A stretch of 64,000 bases of DNA from Marsupella aquatica (lineage: Eukaryota; Plantae; Marchantiophyta): contig OZ316892.1 of assembly GCA_973895155.1 (NCBI GenBank), positions 20,957,619 through 21,021,618 on the forward strand, written 5' to 3'. The notes beneath the pieces were generated by a model that saw nothing but the letters and a program-made list of their open reading frames with translations, did no database searches and was not told the origin of the DNA. The position numbers and the translations under genes were made by a program. Within the stretch, counting starts at the first letter, position 1. Every line of letters begins with the position of its first letter. This document shows positions 48,344-60,739 of the stretch, one piece after another.

Positions 48344-48970
48344 CTAATCTACAGTGGCAGCAATCAATTGGTCGATAACCGTGGTTGACACTCCGAATCC
48401 CTCGGCCAGCACACCGTCGTAGATGCCGGACTTGAAGAGAGCGTTGGGCAGCCGGACAAGTCCTGGGCCGGAGCTGCTGAATCCTGAGAAGGCCTTCACA
48501 GTTACCAATCCGTAGTTGATCTGGAAATGGACCAGACCCTTAGGAAAGACAAAGAGGTCACCGGGGCCCAAGGTCTGGGTGAAGAGTTTGTTGGCACTGG
48601 TGTCCACGAGCCCAACGTCCAGCCAGCCTTCGATGACATACAAAAGCTCGGTACCACGAGGATGCGTGTGAGGAGGATTGATAGTGCCCGATGGGAATTG
48701 GAGGAGAGCACCTGAAGTTCCCTGGCCTTTAAGAGCTGGAAACTTTCCCTCGTTGATGGCAGTCACGGTGGCGAACTTCCCCGCTTTGATTGATGCATTT
48801 CGCAACTCCGTGTTGGTGAAGAAGTTACCATCGAGAGTGGAGGCGTTGACGCCGACTGGAACTTCGAAGTCTGTGGTTAGATCAGGATCAGAAGCTTGTA
48901 CTGCAATGGCAAAGCAAGCCAGGAGCAGGGCCCCAGCAATCGTGGAAGTGGACCGACCCATGACCTTCAA
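48344..48970 (-). CDS. Germin-like protein (cupin), secreted, intronless
   Basis: Signal peptide ...LLLACFAIAVQA|SDPD; germin box 1 GTINPPHTHPRGTELLYV; box 2 GDLFVFPKGLVHFQIN. Confidence 0.95.
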   Translation of the reverse strand: MKVMGRSTSTIAGALLLACFAIAVQASDPDLTTDFEVPVGVNASTLDGNFFTNTELRNASIKAGKFATVTAINEGKFPALKGQGTSGALLQFPSGTINPPHTHPRGTELLYVIEGWLDVGLVDTSANKLFTQTLGPGDLFVFPKGLVHFQINYGLVTVKAFSGFSSSGPGLVRLPNALFKSGIYDGVLAEGFGVSTTVIDQLIAATVD

Positions 48971-50571
48971 CGTACGATGACGCTTGCCAATAAGAATTTA
49001 ATCTGAAAAGCGAAAGGTGAAAGCTAGAGATCAATTTGCTGATCAGAAGACGAATGCGATCTGATGTCAAGCTACGTTGAGAAGTGATTGAATGCTGATT
49101 GTGTTGTGAACATGGAAGCAAACTGGGACGTTATATACATCCACTGCTGGTCTTAGAAATTGTCGGATGCTCGGGCCCTTCGAAGAGGAGAAATAGTCCA
49201 CACGCAGATTTGCCATAACATTGTCGCGGAGCGTGTGGTGTTTAGCAATCTGTACAATAGTGCCGGCTTGGAGAAATTTGGAATCCGCGTTAGATCTCAA
49301 GGACAAGGGCTCGAAGAAGGTAGGCCGTCAATGGAAACAACTATCAATAGGTCAAGAGTTAGGATAATAATAGGTCTCCACTCAAACGTACATGGCGGAA
49401 GCTAAAACTCATTGCGAGCGACTGTTTGATAAATCTAAACATTTTTCATAATATCTACAAGAATAGTACAGAAGCTGGAGTCCAAAGGGAAAGTACTGCA
49501 GTCCTGTCCGACATTCCTACTTCTTGTCAATGAATTCGGATCATATCCGGTGCGGAATTACAGTAGTATGTAGCGACAAAGCTCTGAGGAAGTAGTACAG
49601 GCTGTCCCAAAAAGGTGAGATCCTCATAGAATGAATTCGGGTGATAACCGTGTGTACACGGTGTATAATTATCAACAAAACTGGTATGACTGTTCAATTG
49701 GTATGCAGTTATGTTATGTAGTGCCCAATAATAGGCTGGTATTACTTTTACTTACTTTAATCGGACGGCAGTCGACGAGCCGTTATTAGTCGACCATGCG
49801 CAAAGATTCTGACGGCCATGCAGTTTGAATGACGCTAGAAAGCAGTTTCTGCCCTCCGTTGAATTCATCGACGATTGCGGCTGACTTGGGAGTCAAAGTC
49901 TAGGCTCTCAATTATTCCACACTACTAACCATTGGGGTCTTTCAACCTTTCGACTGATTGAAGGGTAAGATGGAAGAGATTGAAGCCATACAATGTGTAA
50001 GAGATATTTGTGCGGGAGGTATTGGCCAGAGTGTCCTTTGGTGAGTGTCCCCGGGATGCGTGGTCTGGCTGCCAAATTGCAAGATTTGCGTGAAATGAGG
50101 AACTAGTAGGTTTGCAGAGAAACTTGTTTGAAGCGGAATAATATTGTAGGAAAATCCGCCCGATCCACTCACTGAATCGATAGTAGGTTCTCCATCCATG
50201 GGGGATGCCATAAGCAAAAATCAAAATCAAATCTGTCGCGCTGCTAAATAATGGAGACAGGTTTCCAAAGCACCAACAGCTCTAGTAGATCAAGGGGTAC
50301 ATGATTGAAGAGTCCGTTGCGCTGGTGAAGTAGTGCATCACGTCTCACGAGAAGGTCTGCTGAAGCTATCTTCAAATGTATGCAAGGTTCTACGAGGAAT
50401 ACACCAAAACGTGCTGAGGTAGAACATACAGTAAGCTTTGTCATCTTTAATTCAACGTGGGAGGGTTCCGGTTGGAGAAGCATTGCATAATGCATAATAG
50501 GGGGGATCAGAGTTTCCTGCCACATGGTCGACCTGGTGAGGTTCAGCATGGTCTCATAAATGTAAGGCTGA

Positions 50572-50610
50572 CAGGGTTTAGGGTTTAGGGTTTAGGGACC
50601 CTAACCCTAA
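50572..50610. repeat. Short interstitial telomere-type repeats in opposing orientation
   Basis: agggtttagggtttagggtttaggg-a-ccctaaccctaaa. Confidence 0.7.
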
Positions 50611-51192
50611 ATGACACCATCAGTGGAGGCTGAGTTGTTAAGGCTTTGGCCACAAGTATGGCATGAGTATTCCTGACCTGCGGGTTTGAGCTGATGGGCA
50701 AGTTTAGGTGTTGACCGACAAGTAAACTCGTCACATTACGGCTCCAAAAGTGGCCAAATGAGCCATATTCATCTTTATTCCCTGGCCAGTCCTGAATTCT
50801 CCCAAACCCCTTCCCGGCCCGGTCTTGGGCTCCCCTGGACTCCCCCGGTTTGGGGTCGAGGCTGGGTTGGGCCGGGGCCAAGGTCGGGCTGGGGCTGGGG
50901 ATTAGGGTTTGGGTTGGGGTTGGGGTCGGGGGCAGGACGACCAGGTGTCCGGAGTGACAGGTGATGGGGTCTAGACCCCTGATTTGCCTGTCAAGGCCAA
51001 ACCGGGCTGACTTGCCATGCCTGTGTTAGTGTTCCCTAGTTGTAACTTAGTTCACCTAAAAAATAATTATTTCCCAAAAATTGATCAACATCCAAAAACT
51101 TGGTTCATGCCACTAATAACTATAGTTACAAATTACAAAAACGCTATTGGCATGACAATAATAAACTATAAATTTTTTTAATGATCTCCCAA

Positions 51193-51472
51193 CTTGGGGA
51201 TTTCACTTCCACAAAAATGGCACATCACGTGCGACAAAGTATAGGGTCATTTTATTGGTTCAAAAGGAATACTTATGAATTTTCTAAGAAGAACAATGGG
51301 GTTTTTTAGATAATATTTTAAGGCTTATAAGAACATTAGGGTCCTTATAACCAAATTTTTGGAATATTCTTATAGGGGTTAAAAAATATTCTTTTTCCTT
51401 ACATTATAGGGGGTCCGAGATCTAAAACCGTCGCGAGTGATGGGGAGGCATCCATATAGTGAGACCCCCGAG
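51193..51472 (-). mobile_element. MITE, CTCGGGGGT-TIR family
   Basis: Perfect 8-bp TSD tctcccaa on both sides; reverse orientation relative to the 40222 copy. Confidence 0.9.
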
Positions 51473-52028
51473 TCTCCCAAAAGAGCAATGGGCTGGAAAA
51501 ACATGGGGCCAGTTAAGCAAACTGGAGAGGAAATTAAATTCCAGACACTAGCCTGAAGAAATGTACATGAGGCAAATTAAACGCCCTGGAAAATGGTGCT
51601 ATATGCTGAAACAGGCCGCAAACACATGATTAGCCTACGTCACAATTAGATCTTGGAATTCACACTGTATGGAGCCCCCGTCCCACATCATATACCTAGG
51701 ATAGTTTGGGTACACGTACCCTTTGACATTATTTTTAGAAAAAAATAAAACTTGCGCCCATACTTGTGCAAGTGGCAAACAAAAAAAAGAGTTTTCGCTA
51801 TGACAACCACCAAATATGTCACCACTAGGTACTTCAAAAAAACTGTGCACCTCACCTCCCTCCGCAGTGAGCATCATCCATGAGGTCAAATATAGGAGAA
51901 CACTCCCTCCCTGAAACAGCTGGCTAATACAAACCAACCGACCATAATTAATTAGTTACCCTGGCTATTTAATATATTCATTGCTCTGTATTTAATTTCA
52001 TTGATCAACCATTGCAGAATATAGAACT

Positions 52029-52325
52029 CTCGGGGGTCTCACTATATGGATGCCTCTCCATCACCTGCGACGTTTTTAGGCCTCGGACCCCCTAAAATGT
52101 AAGAAAAATAATTATTTTTTTGACCCATATAAAGTCAGAATATTCTCAAAATATTCCAAAATTTTGATTATAAGGACCCTAATGTTCTTATAAGTCCCAA
52201 AATTGGATTTAAAAGATCCTATTGTTCTTCTCAGAAAATTCTTAAGTCTTCCCTTTGAACCAATAAAATGACTCTATACTTCGTCGCACGTGATATGCCA
52301 TTTTTGTGGAAGTGAAACCCCCGAG
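52029..52325 (+). mobile_element. MITE, CTCGGGGGT-TIR family
   Basis: TIR ctcgggggtctcact / agtgaaacccccgag; flanks atagaact / atagaaat. Confidence 0.9.
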
Positions 52326-55300
52326 ATAGAAATCCTATTCCATTAGCTAAGCTGATATCCGCCATTAATTTTTGGCTGTGGACTGCAATCTAAGAATTAA
52401 AATACGAATGCCACGGGGCATGCCAACCAAGCATTTTAACCTTTAACCTTGCCCCTGATTTCCCCAATTTGATGAGAAAACAATTAAATTCCCTACACTT
52501 CAAAAGACTGCTGTAAGTTACCATCTCTAGGCTAAATCCATTGAGTATCTAGGGTCGTTACTCTTGCCCATGACTACACCAGGCTTATGAAAACATGCCT
52601 TGAGTCTCTGTCAATGCTCCTCCTGCAACAGGTTATGTTCCAACCTATTAACTAGTTTGTAGGTGGGTTCTGCTCCACACCGTATTGGGCTGGTTTATAG
52701 TGCAGTAGGCTCTCGTGGTAGTTGTAGGAATTATTATTTGTTAAATTACAACAATATAAACAAGGGGTTTTCCCCAGTTGCAAGCCAGTTGTGCTGCTTG
52801 CCCTGCAGTTTCTCCTTTTCAAACAAATCTTGAAGTTTTGGCCCATTGATGAAATGGCAATTAAAAACAGTTTTCAATGATTGCCTAGGATTTTTTCCAC
52901 CCAGATGGCAATTTGTAAACAGACAATTATCCAGACTGGACGGAATTGGAAATCATAGTGTGCAGATAGCTAAGCATTGGCAAGCAAGAGAGTGAGGGGG
53001 CCCCGGAGGGGGCAGCAATTCCTTTTTTACTAAGTGAGAGATGCAATCCTAGCCATTCATATGTGAGAACTAGACACAATTCACTTTACATGAACTTGGG
53101 GACACAATCAAGCAAAAGCATTACCAAACCTAGTCATCTCTGAGTGGGCCCCCTTTTTTGCTGATGTGTGCAAGCTTTTTTGTCAAAAACTTATACCTTC
53201 TCTTGAGGTGGTCCAAAATCCTGGAGCAAACTGCTGCTTATTTTCAGGGAGTTGCATTGATTTCAAACCTGACACATTTTGGCTCAAGCATTTTAACTTT
53301 TGTGTAAGGAATGGCCGTCAGCTTTGCTTTGGATGGAGAGACACTGAACAGCCCCCACCGTCTTGTAAAGCCCCCCTGATATGTAGATCCATGATAACTG
53401 GGTATATCAAGGCAAACAATTAGGGGATTTTTGACAGTCAAGGTGAAGATAACAAGAAAACATTGGTCAATAAATGCTTCTGCAAGTTGCCTGCCAATCT
53501 GGGGCAACCAAATACAAAATCAAAATCCCTGATTTGGGGCATGTAAGTGCCATATCTTGTGGTCAAGGGTGAACCTAGAAGAAAAAGTGGATCACTAGTG
53601 TTCCCTTTTTGGGGAGCGGCGGGATTGGCAAAATCATGATCGAGTCTTGATGAGTGATTAAACCACAGCTGCCCCTACAAGGGCTACGGGTTACCCGGAG
53701 CTCTCATTGTAAAGTGCACGGGTACAGGAATGGGCTTTGAGCTCCATAAAAGGTGGTGGGTGTAAAACCTTTAATTATTTGGCAAGTGCTCCACAAAAGG
53801 TGCTGAGTGTTCCACCTGTTATGGTGAGTAGTGAGACATGGAATTATGGGGCTTTTGTAGTGGAAGGTGTGGGTTAGCTATCAATAGACAAGTGTTTGAA
53901 TAAGCTAACAAATCACCCGAGAATCAATTTATCAAGAGGGTTTGTGAGATGCGAGCAAACAACGTTTTCCCAGCAACAAAGGGCTGGCATGGCATGACAA
54001 ATCCAACTGACTGCTAGGGAGTCAAGTCAGAATGCACTCTTAGACTCTTGGGCACCCCTTCATCAGCCAGATCACTAGCCCCTGTCCTGGAAGCCAGAAT
54101 GCATTTTTAGTCTCTTGGGCTCCCTTTCATCAGCCAGATTACTAGCCTCTGATGCTGGATTTCTAATGCATTTGTAAGACTCTTGATGGTCAGCCAGTTC
54201 ACATGTCTGATTTCTAGTGCATTTGTAAGACTCCTGATGGTCAGCCAGTCCACAACCTGGGAGTCCAGAATTTGGGTTGTCTGAACAACATGAAAAATTC
54301 GAGGTATCTGAAACCAAGTTTTGGGTATGGACCGTTAGCAAATGATGGATACTCTGGGCTTCTTCCTCGTAGTACAACAAGGTGCAGTATAGTCAGGACA
54401 GGTTTCCCCTTATTCATGTTTCCTCCATGGTCTCGTTACCCACTTATCAACACTAGTTAAGTTGCTGCTCAGATTCCAGATCACATATCACATGACAGGA
54501 GTACATTCTGGAAGTTTCCTGGAAAAAATGCATGTGGATGTCCTTGAGAACAATCGAGCTGAGAATTTTCCTGTGCAGACTAGACTACTAACGTGGAGAC
54601 TCTGCATGATGTCCTATCTGGACTCGAAATATGTGAATAACTGAGGCACCTTTGGATAGATGCTATAACAATTTACAGAAACTTTTCATGGGAGGGCAAT
54701 GAGTTTGCGAATCAGACAACTTGAGCATATCTATTGACAGCAGCTGACTCTCAAGTCACAAACTGCTCAATCTCCCAAACCTCAAAGCAGAAATTCGAGA
54801 TACGGTAATTTACTGAAAACTCTCTGTCAGACTGTCACAAGCTACTTCTCTACAAGGGACCAATCCTGATCCAAAAAATGCTTTATGTTACAGATTTCTA
54901 AGCTGGGGGGAGCTTAGGGGAAATCACTTTTCCGAACATGCTCCCCTCCTATGTCAAAACTGACTCCAGGCTACCAAACTCCTACGAATTTGAGCTAACT
55001 CATGCACCGACTCTAAGTGATTACATATAGATTTGCTTAGAGCTGATGCAATAGACATGAGAGTGTTGACTGCAGGAGTAGAAATATATAAATTCCAGAG
55101 ATGTATCAATGTGTCTGCTGCCTCTCGTCTCACTTCCAGTTGCTCACCATCTCAATTCAAAACCGTGTGGCCATAAATATACCATAGTGAATAATACCTA
55201 TACCCATCACCAATACGCTTTGAAACTAGGTAAGTAGGATGCAACGGACTTAAGTTTAACAGTCGGCCCGACAAATATTTAAAACGATTCCTTCTCACGG

Positions 55301-55759
55301 TCGTTCTCATTAATGCCATAGTATAAGTCAGAAGTTTTTTTCTTCGGTAAAGATAACTGCACATAGACCACCACAAGGTACACAAAGTCAGTTTCTATGT
55401 CCTCGGGATGTACAGGCACAGCAATACTGCCTACAAACGGAAGTTCTCAAAAAAATTTAGGAGATTGAAAGACCATGTTTAACTGGGCAGAGACAAAGTT
55501 CCTATGCTATATATCCTGCAAGAAGTTGCACTATGCCGCGCCTATGGTTTCCAATGGTATCACACGATAGGACAACATTGTAATTGGTTGTCAACTGAGA
55601 GAAGTCCTAACGCATTTATAGAGTTCAGTAACCATCGTTGGTCAAAGTGCTACCGTAGACTACCAGATAATGTCAAGGTCCCAGAACCTAGAACATCTTT
55701 TCTGTTTACCATTGGAAAACTCCCACCTCCTTCTAGTCCAAGCATCAGACGACATACTG

Positions 55760-58700
55760 TCAACTCATGTCCAACTACAATGAGACATGTGGATACAAAA
55801 TCTAGAACTAACTTTTAGTGAAATGGAATGCAGATTTGGTTTCCATGGCTAACGAGTGTTTGAGATCAGCAAAGACATTGACTTGTTCATTCTCTGACGA
55901 CGGAAAAACATCGAATACAAGTAACAGAGTGGTCCAAGTTCCTCCAAATTGCTGTCACAGATCTACACTTACTTGAAGTTTGGTGCACACGTCCAAAACT
56001 TCCTCCAGTGGTGCCCAATCACCAAAAGTCTTTTCCATAAATTGGTATGCAACTCCGCTCTTCCCTGGCCCCATGATGTATAAACCACCTTTGATAGTGC
56101 CCTCGCCTTGCAAGTTGTAACTAAACCCAGTCGATGTTGCTCGTTTCCAGTTTCTTCGTGCTTGCTTATTAAACAAAAATCCAGTGAAGATATTCTCTTT
56201 CATCAATTTGCCGCCACCCAATGACTTGAAGAGATCTCTATTCCGATCCACCACCACCATTCCTCCCCAATATCTTGGCCAAAAGGCCTTCACCTGAACA
56301 GATGACAGATTTTCAGAACGAACATTCCCCAAAAAGGCACATCTCACCCCAAACTGCCAGTGTGAATGTTATCGGTACTCAAGAGATCCGGTACTTAACA
56401 TTATCAAATGATGGAAACGAAAGACATAGACTTACCTCCGCATCAATATACTCATTCAAGACAGCCACGAGCTGGACACCCATGGCATCAAAGATTGGCT
56501 TCCGAGCATACACCTGATGAGCCTCAGCACGACACATAACGCATCTGTAAGACAACCAACCATATTGTGAGGACTACAACCTTCAGTCTTACTGGGAAAT
56601 AGCACATACCAAGTGCCATCTTCGTCGGTTCCAAAACATGGCGACTGTGCCACCGATACTATGTTAGATTAGGACTTTTCTGACAAAAGAAATCCCCCGA
56701 ATTATAAACGTCGTCAAGCATCACATGCGAAGACGCAGTACGTTTCTATTTACATGCCTTGAAGAACAGCACAAATGGACGAGACCAATGCTCTTGAAAG
56801 AGAGCAGATGGGTAGATCTTGGTCATACCCAGGACGGCGAAGGCAAAGTAAAAGGGTTGGTTTGGTGGCCCATAACTCAGCAACCTTGATGGGCGGTGGC
56901 AATTTCAGGTCCCCTCCGATCCATGGTTCTGTTCCTTTCTTGTGCTCCGGGGCAAGTCTCTGGACATAGATCTTCTCCAGAGTTGAAAGCGGTGTGATGT
57001 CGTCCGCCACTTTAGTTGGTTTAACTAATCCACAAAGCCTGGGCTCCACCTGACCTTGTGCCAGAATTCCTTTGATTGGCTTTGGTGATGCAGCAGAAGC
57101 ACCTGGAGAGATACTCTGCTCTTCATAGCCCGGCTTCTTGGCCTCAAAGCTCTCACTAAAACCGTTCTGTCCATTGTGCCTACTAGAGTCCGTGGAATAC
57201 TGATCATGAGACGGGCGCCATCTTTGCTGCGATTCCATGGAAATCTGGTCATAAGACATCCGCCGTCTCTGCACTGAGCTATGCATGCTTGCTGGAGGAC
57301 TGACTTCCGAAAATCCACCTGACCGGATCACGCTGCCTTGCTCGCCCTCCCCATCCCTGGGTGCTATAGTTCGCTTCCGGGCAGGAAGGGACAGGTTGGG
57401 AGGTAGCTGAATTCCACACGCACTCGCGCGATCCACAAAGCGAGCTACGTGCCCCCTCCGCATCCCATATTGCGCTGTGAGTACGGTGGGATTTGTGTTC
57501 AGCAGCTCAGGCAGAGACTTGTGAAGAGATTCCAGTTTGTCAGCGTACTGCATTAGACTCCGGTCGTGCAAGTAGGTTCTTAGCTCGAGCGCATCCTGCA
57601 CGGCCATGGACGTACATTAGCCTAAATTGTAACGATTCTGTTAAAAAGAAAATGGAATTCATCCCCTCTAACTTAAACTCTCAATGCCCATCCAGAAAAA
57701 AACTTTCCTCGCCCTTTTCATCACTCTAGTCCCCAATCTAGAAAATCCTTCTAACCCTTCTCATCACTCAGTCAGAACCCATCCAGAAAAAATTCCCAAG
57801 CCCGTCGCACCACTCATCCACATCCTTCGCTCTCCTTGCCATAGCTCAAGACGGTTGAATCAATATTGTCAGCTCAAGATGACAGACACACGTGAATCAG
57901 CCCGCCAGCAGGTAGTGAAAACGGATGTAGTGCCGGGGTACGTCTCAAGAAATTAATCGGTCAAATCAGCTAAAAATTCCCGGCTCTCATGCTCTATCTG
58001 GCGTCTCCCTGTTCGTATCGTGATATGTACTTCTAAACAGACTGACAACGGAAGTATTAACCATATCTCATGGAGATGACAACACGTCATCATGTCAGCT
58101 GAAATTTTTACGTATTTCTACGATACAACTCTGGCCTGTCATAATTCGTAACATGACATCACGAACGGATACATTTCTCCAGAGTCCTTGTCCCAAGGGA
58201 TGGAGATGCACACACTCTGAGAAGAAGCGACAGGTTGCCTTTACATTGACTGATTGAGACGTCAATAGATATTCTAACACAGCTCTCGCTATCTTGAGCT
58301 TCTCCGGAGACACATGGCATGAAATATGAAGTTTGAATCAGAGAATCTCGTCTCCGAGGAAGGTTACGTTGGGAACAGAATCTGGCCGCCGAGCAATTGA
58401 GAAATAGAAGGGGGGAACAAAACTGAGTAACTGTTCGCTTGGTCCGTAGGATTTGATCTTATTAGGCTGCCAGTATCGAATTCCGAACATCCACAATCCC
58501 CAAAGGTCATAGAGCGCCGCATGAGATTGTAATTTTCAAACGTAAGCTGTGTCCAAAGTTCCTGGTGAGGATTACAGAGACGACTGGATTACATGGGCCT
58601 TCGCAACGTATGAGTAACCACACCCAAGTGACTTTGCTCGGTTCCAAGTGAGTGAGAATCTGGATGTCATCACTCCGTGCCTTCTGCAAGTTTGGGCGAC

Positions 58701-59288
58701 TAAGCCCCTAGGACGCTCTGCTGGCCGAATCAAGCAGGTAATTGAAATCTCTCTTCCAATTTCCATCCATTTTTTCGTGCTCTCTCTCAACTTCGATTGG
58801 CCGTCATGAGCTGTGCCTGGGATTGAGAAGGATTCGGAACAGAAAGAAATTGGGCTTTCAGAGAATGAAGAAAGGTTTAAGAAGAGTTTCCTCGAGGGGT
58901 TTGGAGAGACGTTGCACTAGTCACATATGATCTGACCTGCCTCCTCGGCTACACCTTATGCAGAGACGATGACCAACCCAATCCCGAGACCTTAAGATTG
59001 CCAGTGGGCTCTAACATCTCTCTCACGAAATCTTTCTTTCCCATGGACTGCAGAGATTTCCCATGCTACACGCAAAACCCATGCGAGGAATAACACTGAG
59101 AGGACTCCCTGACAAGAGAAGAGAAGACATACTCGTTGCTCGTCCGTCAGTTGCAGCGCCTCCATATCCGTAGCGTTAATCATCTTCAAAGTGGGTACAT
59201 CGTCCCAGCCATCACCTTCAAGCTTGTCTACCACGTCTTTCAGAACTCCGTTACCCACAAAATCCTGTATAGCGTACGAGGACGCCAT
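55760..59288 (-). CDS. SAM-like domains + peroxiredoxin-like 2A (AhpC/TSA, thioredoxin fold) protein; exons 59288-59133, 57595-56829, 56544-56436, 56293-55973, probable last exon 55774-55760
   Basis: In-frame GT-AG splicing gives LRRPG|CVMCRAEA (CxxC), VKAFWPRYWGG, GEGTIKGGLYIMGPG, EKTFGDWAP; N-terminal GWDDVPTLKM and DALELRTYLHDRSLMQY. The last micro-exon is inferred. Confidence 0.9.
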
Positions 59289-59608
59289 CTCGGACACCTC
59301 TCGTTGCTGCTCTTTCTGTTGCTATCCTAATCCCTGCTTCTGCCTACTAGCTCCAACCAATTTTGATGGACTAAACCCTTTAACTCGATGCTGCTCCCGA
59401 GACCCCTCGGCACCTCGATCAGATCGCCCAGCTCCAGAAATAACACCAAAAGCTGCAAATCTCCGTCACAGAACGGGAACACTCTGTCACAGACACTCCT
59501 CCCCAGTGAAGTTAGCGAAACGAAGAAACACGAGTTAGCAATTGGGAGCTGCAATTCTGTCACTGCGAGATTTTCGGATCCGATCCAGTCGAAACAGCAG
59601 AGACCAGA

Positions 59609-59611
<3 letters not shown>

Positions 59612-59652
<41 letters not shown>
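59612..59652. repeat. (GA)n microsatellite in the 5' region of the PRXL2A-like gene
   Basis: About 20 GA units. Confidence 0.95.
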
Positions 59653-59657
<5 letters not shown>

Positions 59658-60739
59658 GGAAGCAACGGGAACTGAAGAGCATGCGGTTTGACCCTCAAAC
59701 TCACAAATTCAAACAGACAGTTGAAGAGGCCAAAAAGAGCAATTCACTCCTGTATGCGGGGGAATCGAATTGAAGGCGTTCAGACGCCACTCCGAGTAGT
59801 AGAAGCCCAGCACATGCGACTGTCATCAATTCCAAGCAAAACCCGGGATTCTACCGTAATGTTTCGGGCCACTACTACTGTAGAGTTCAGTAGTTCACGC
59901 TGTTGTTCGGGACATCATTATTACTCTACTCGCGCCTCCTTCTTCGTTGTCTGGACGACATTGTCTTCCTTGTCACTCAAGACAGTGCCCAGCCCAGCTC
60001 AGCTCATCAATTCCGGCTCGGCTGAGCTCGGCAGGCAGCTGGAGAGAGCTCGAGAGCGAGAAGAGTGGGTGATGACGATTGCCAGGCTGCTGCTTGGCTC
60101 TAGCGGAGAAGGGCGCAAAACACGGCTGCGTGGACTTCCAGACGTCTCTGTGAACTGCACATGTAAACGCGTTACTTCTGGAGCTGCCATATGTTGGGTG
60201 CGGAGTAATAATGATGAAGAGGCATATTATTATTGACGCCACTCTTCAGAGACTCTGAGAGAGACAGTAGGAGAAAATTATGTCTCTCAAGCTAGAGCGT
60301 TATTTAGTGACAAGGGGAGAGACGTGTACACTGCCCCAGAAATAAGCCATTCACCAATAGGGCATCTCAAATCTCTCCTTTGCGACCGGCCTCCGGTCGC
60401 GGTCAAAGACAAATTCCCGAGCAATTCACGAGCAAAAAGTGGCCGAGACAAAGATGTGTGTCCGCACACCCGTGACCCATGACCAAAACTAGTTGTTTCG
60501 AGCCAAATTGTATTCAGTGCCCACTTCCTAATCCAGGTTTGAGACTCTGTAATTGTATTAGGAAACCTTCCATGAGCAAACAACAAGCTTGCCAGGCAGG
60601 GAAACCCTTGCTTTTCTGTTGTTGCATTTCTTTGGTGTAAATTCTTACACTAGTAGAAGTGTTTATCACACATAACACATTGAACCCATCCAAGACGGCT
60701 TAAATCCATTCAAGAGAAATATATACACATACTTTTTAC

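Noticed and set aside
59327-60242. Overlapping ORFs with RERERE/SLSLSL runs
   Set aside because: Translations of the GA microsatellite and 5' UTR/promoter DNA.
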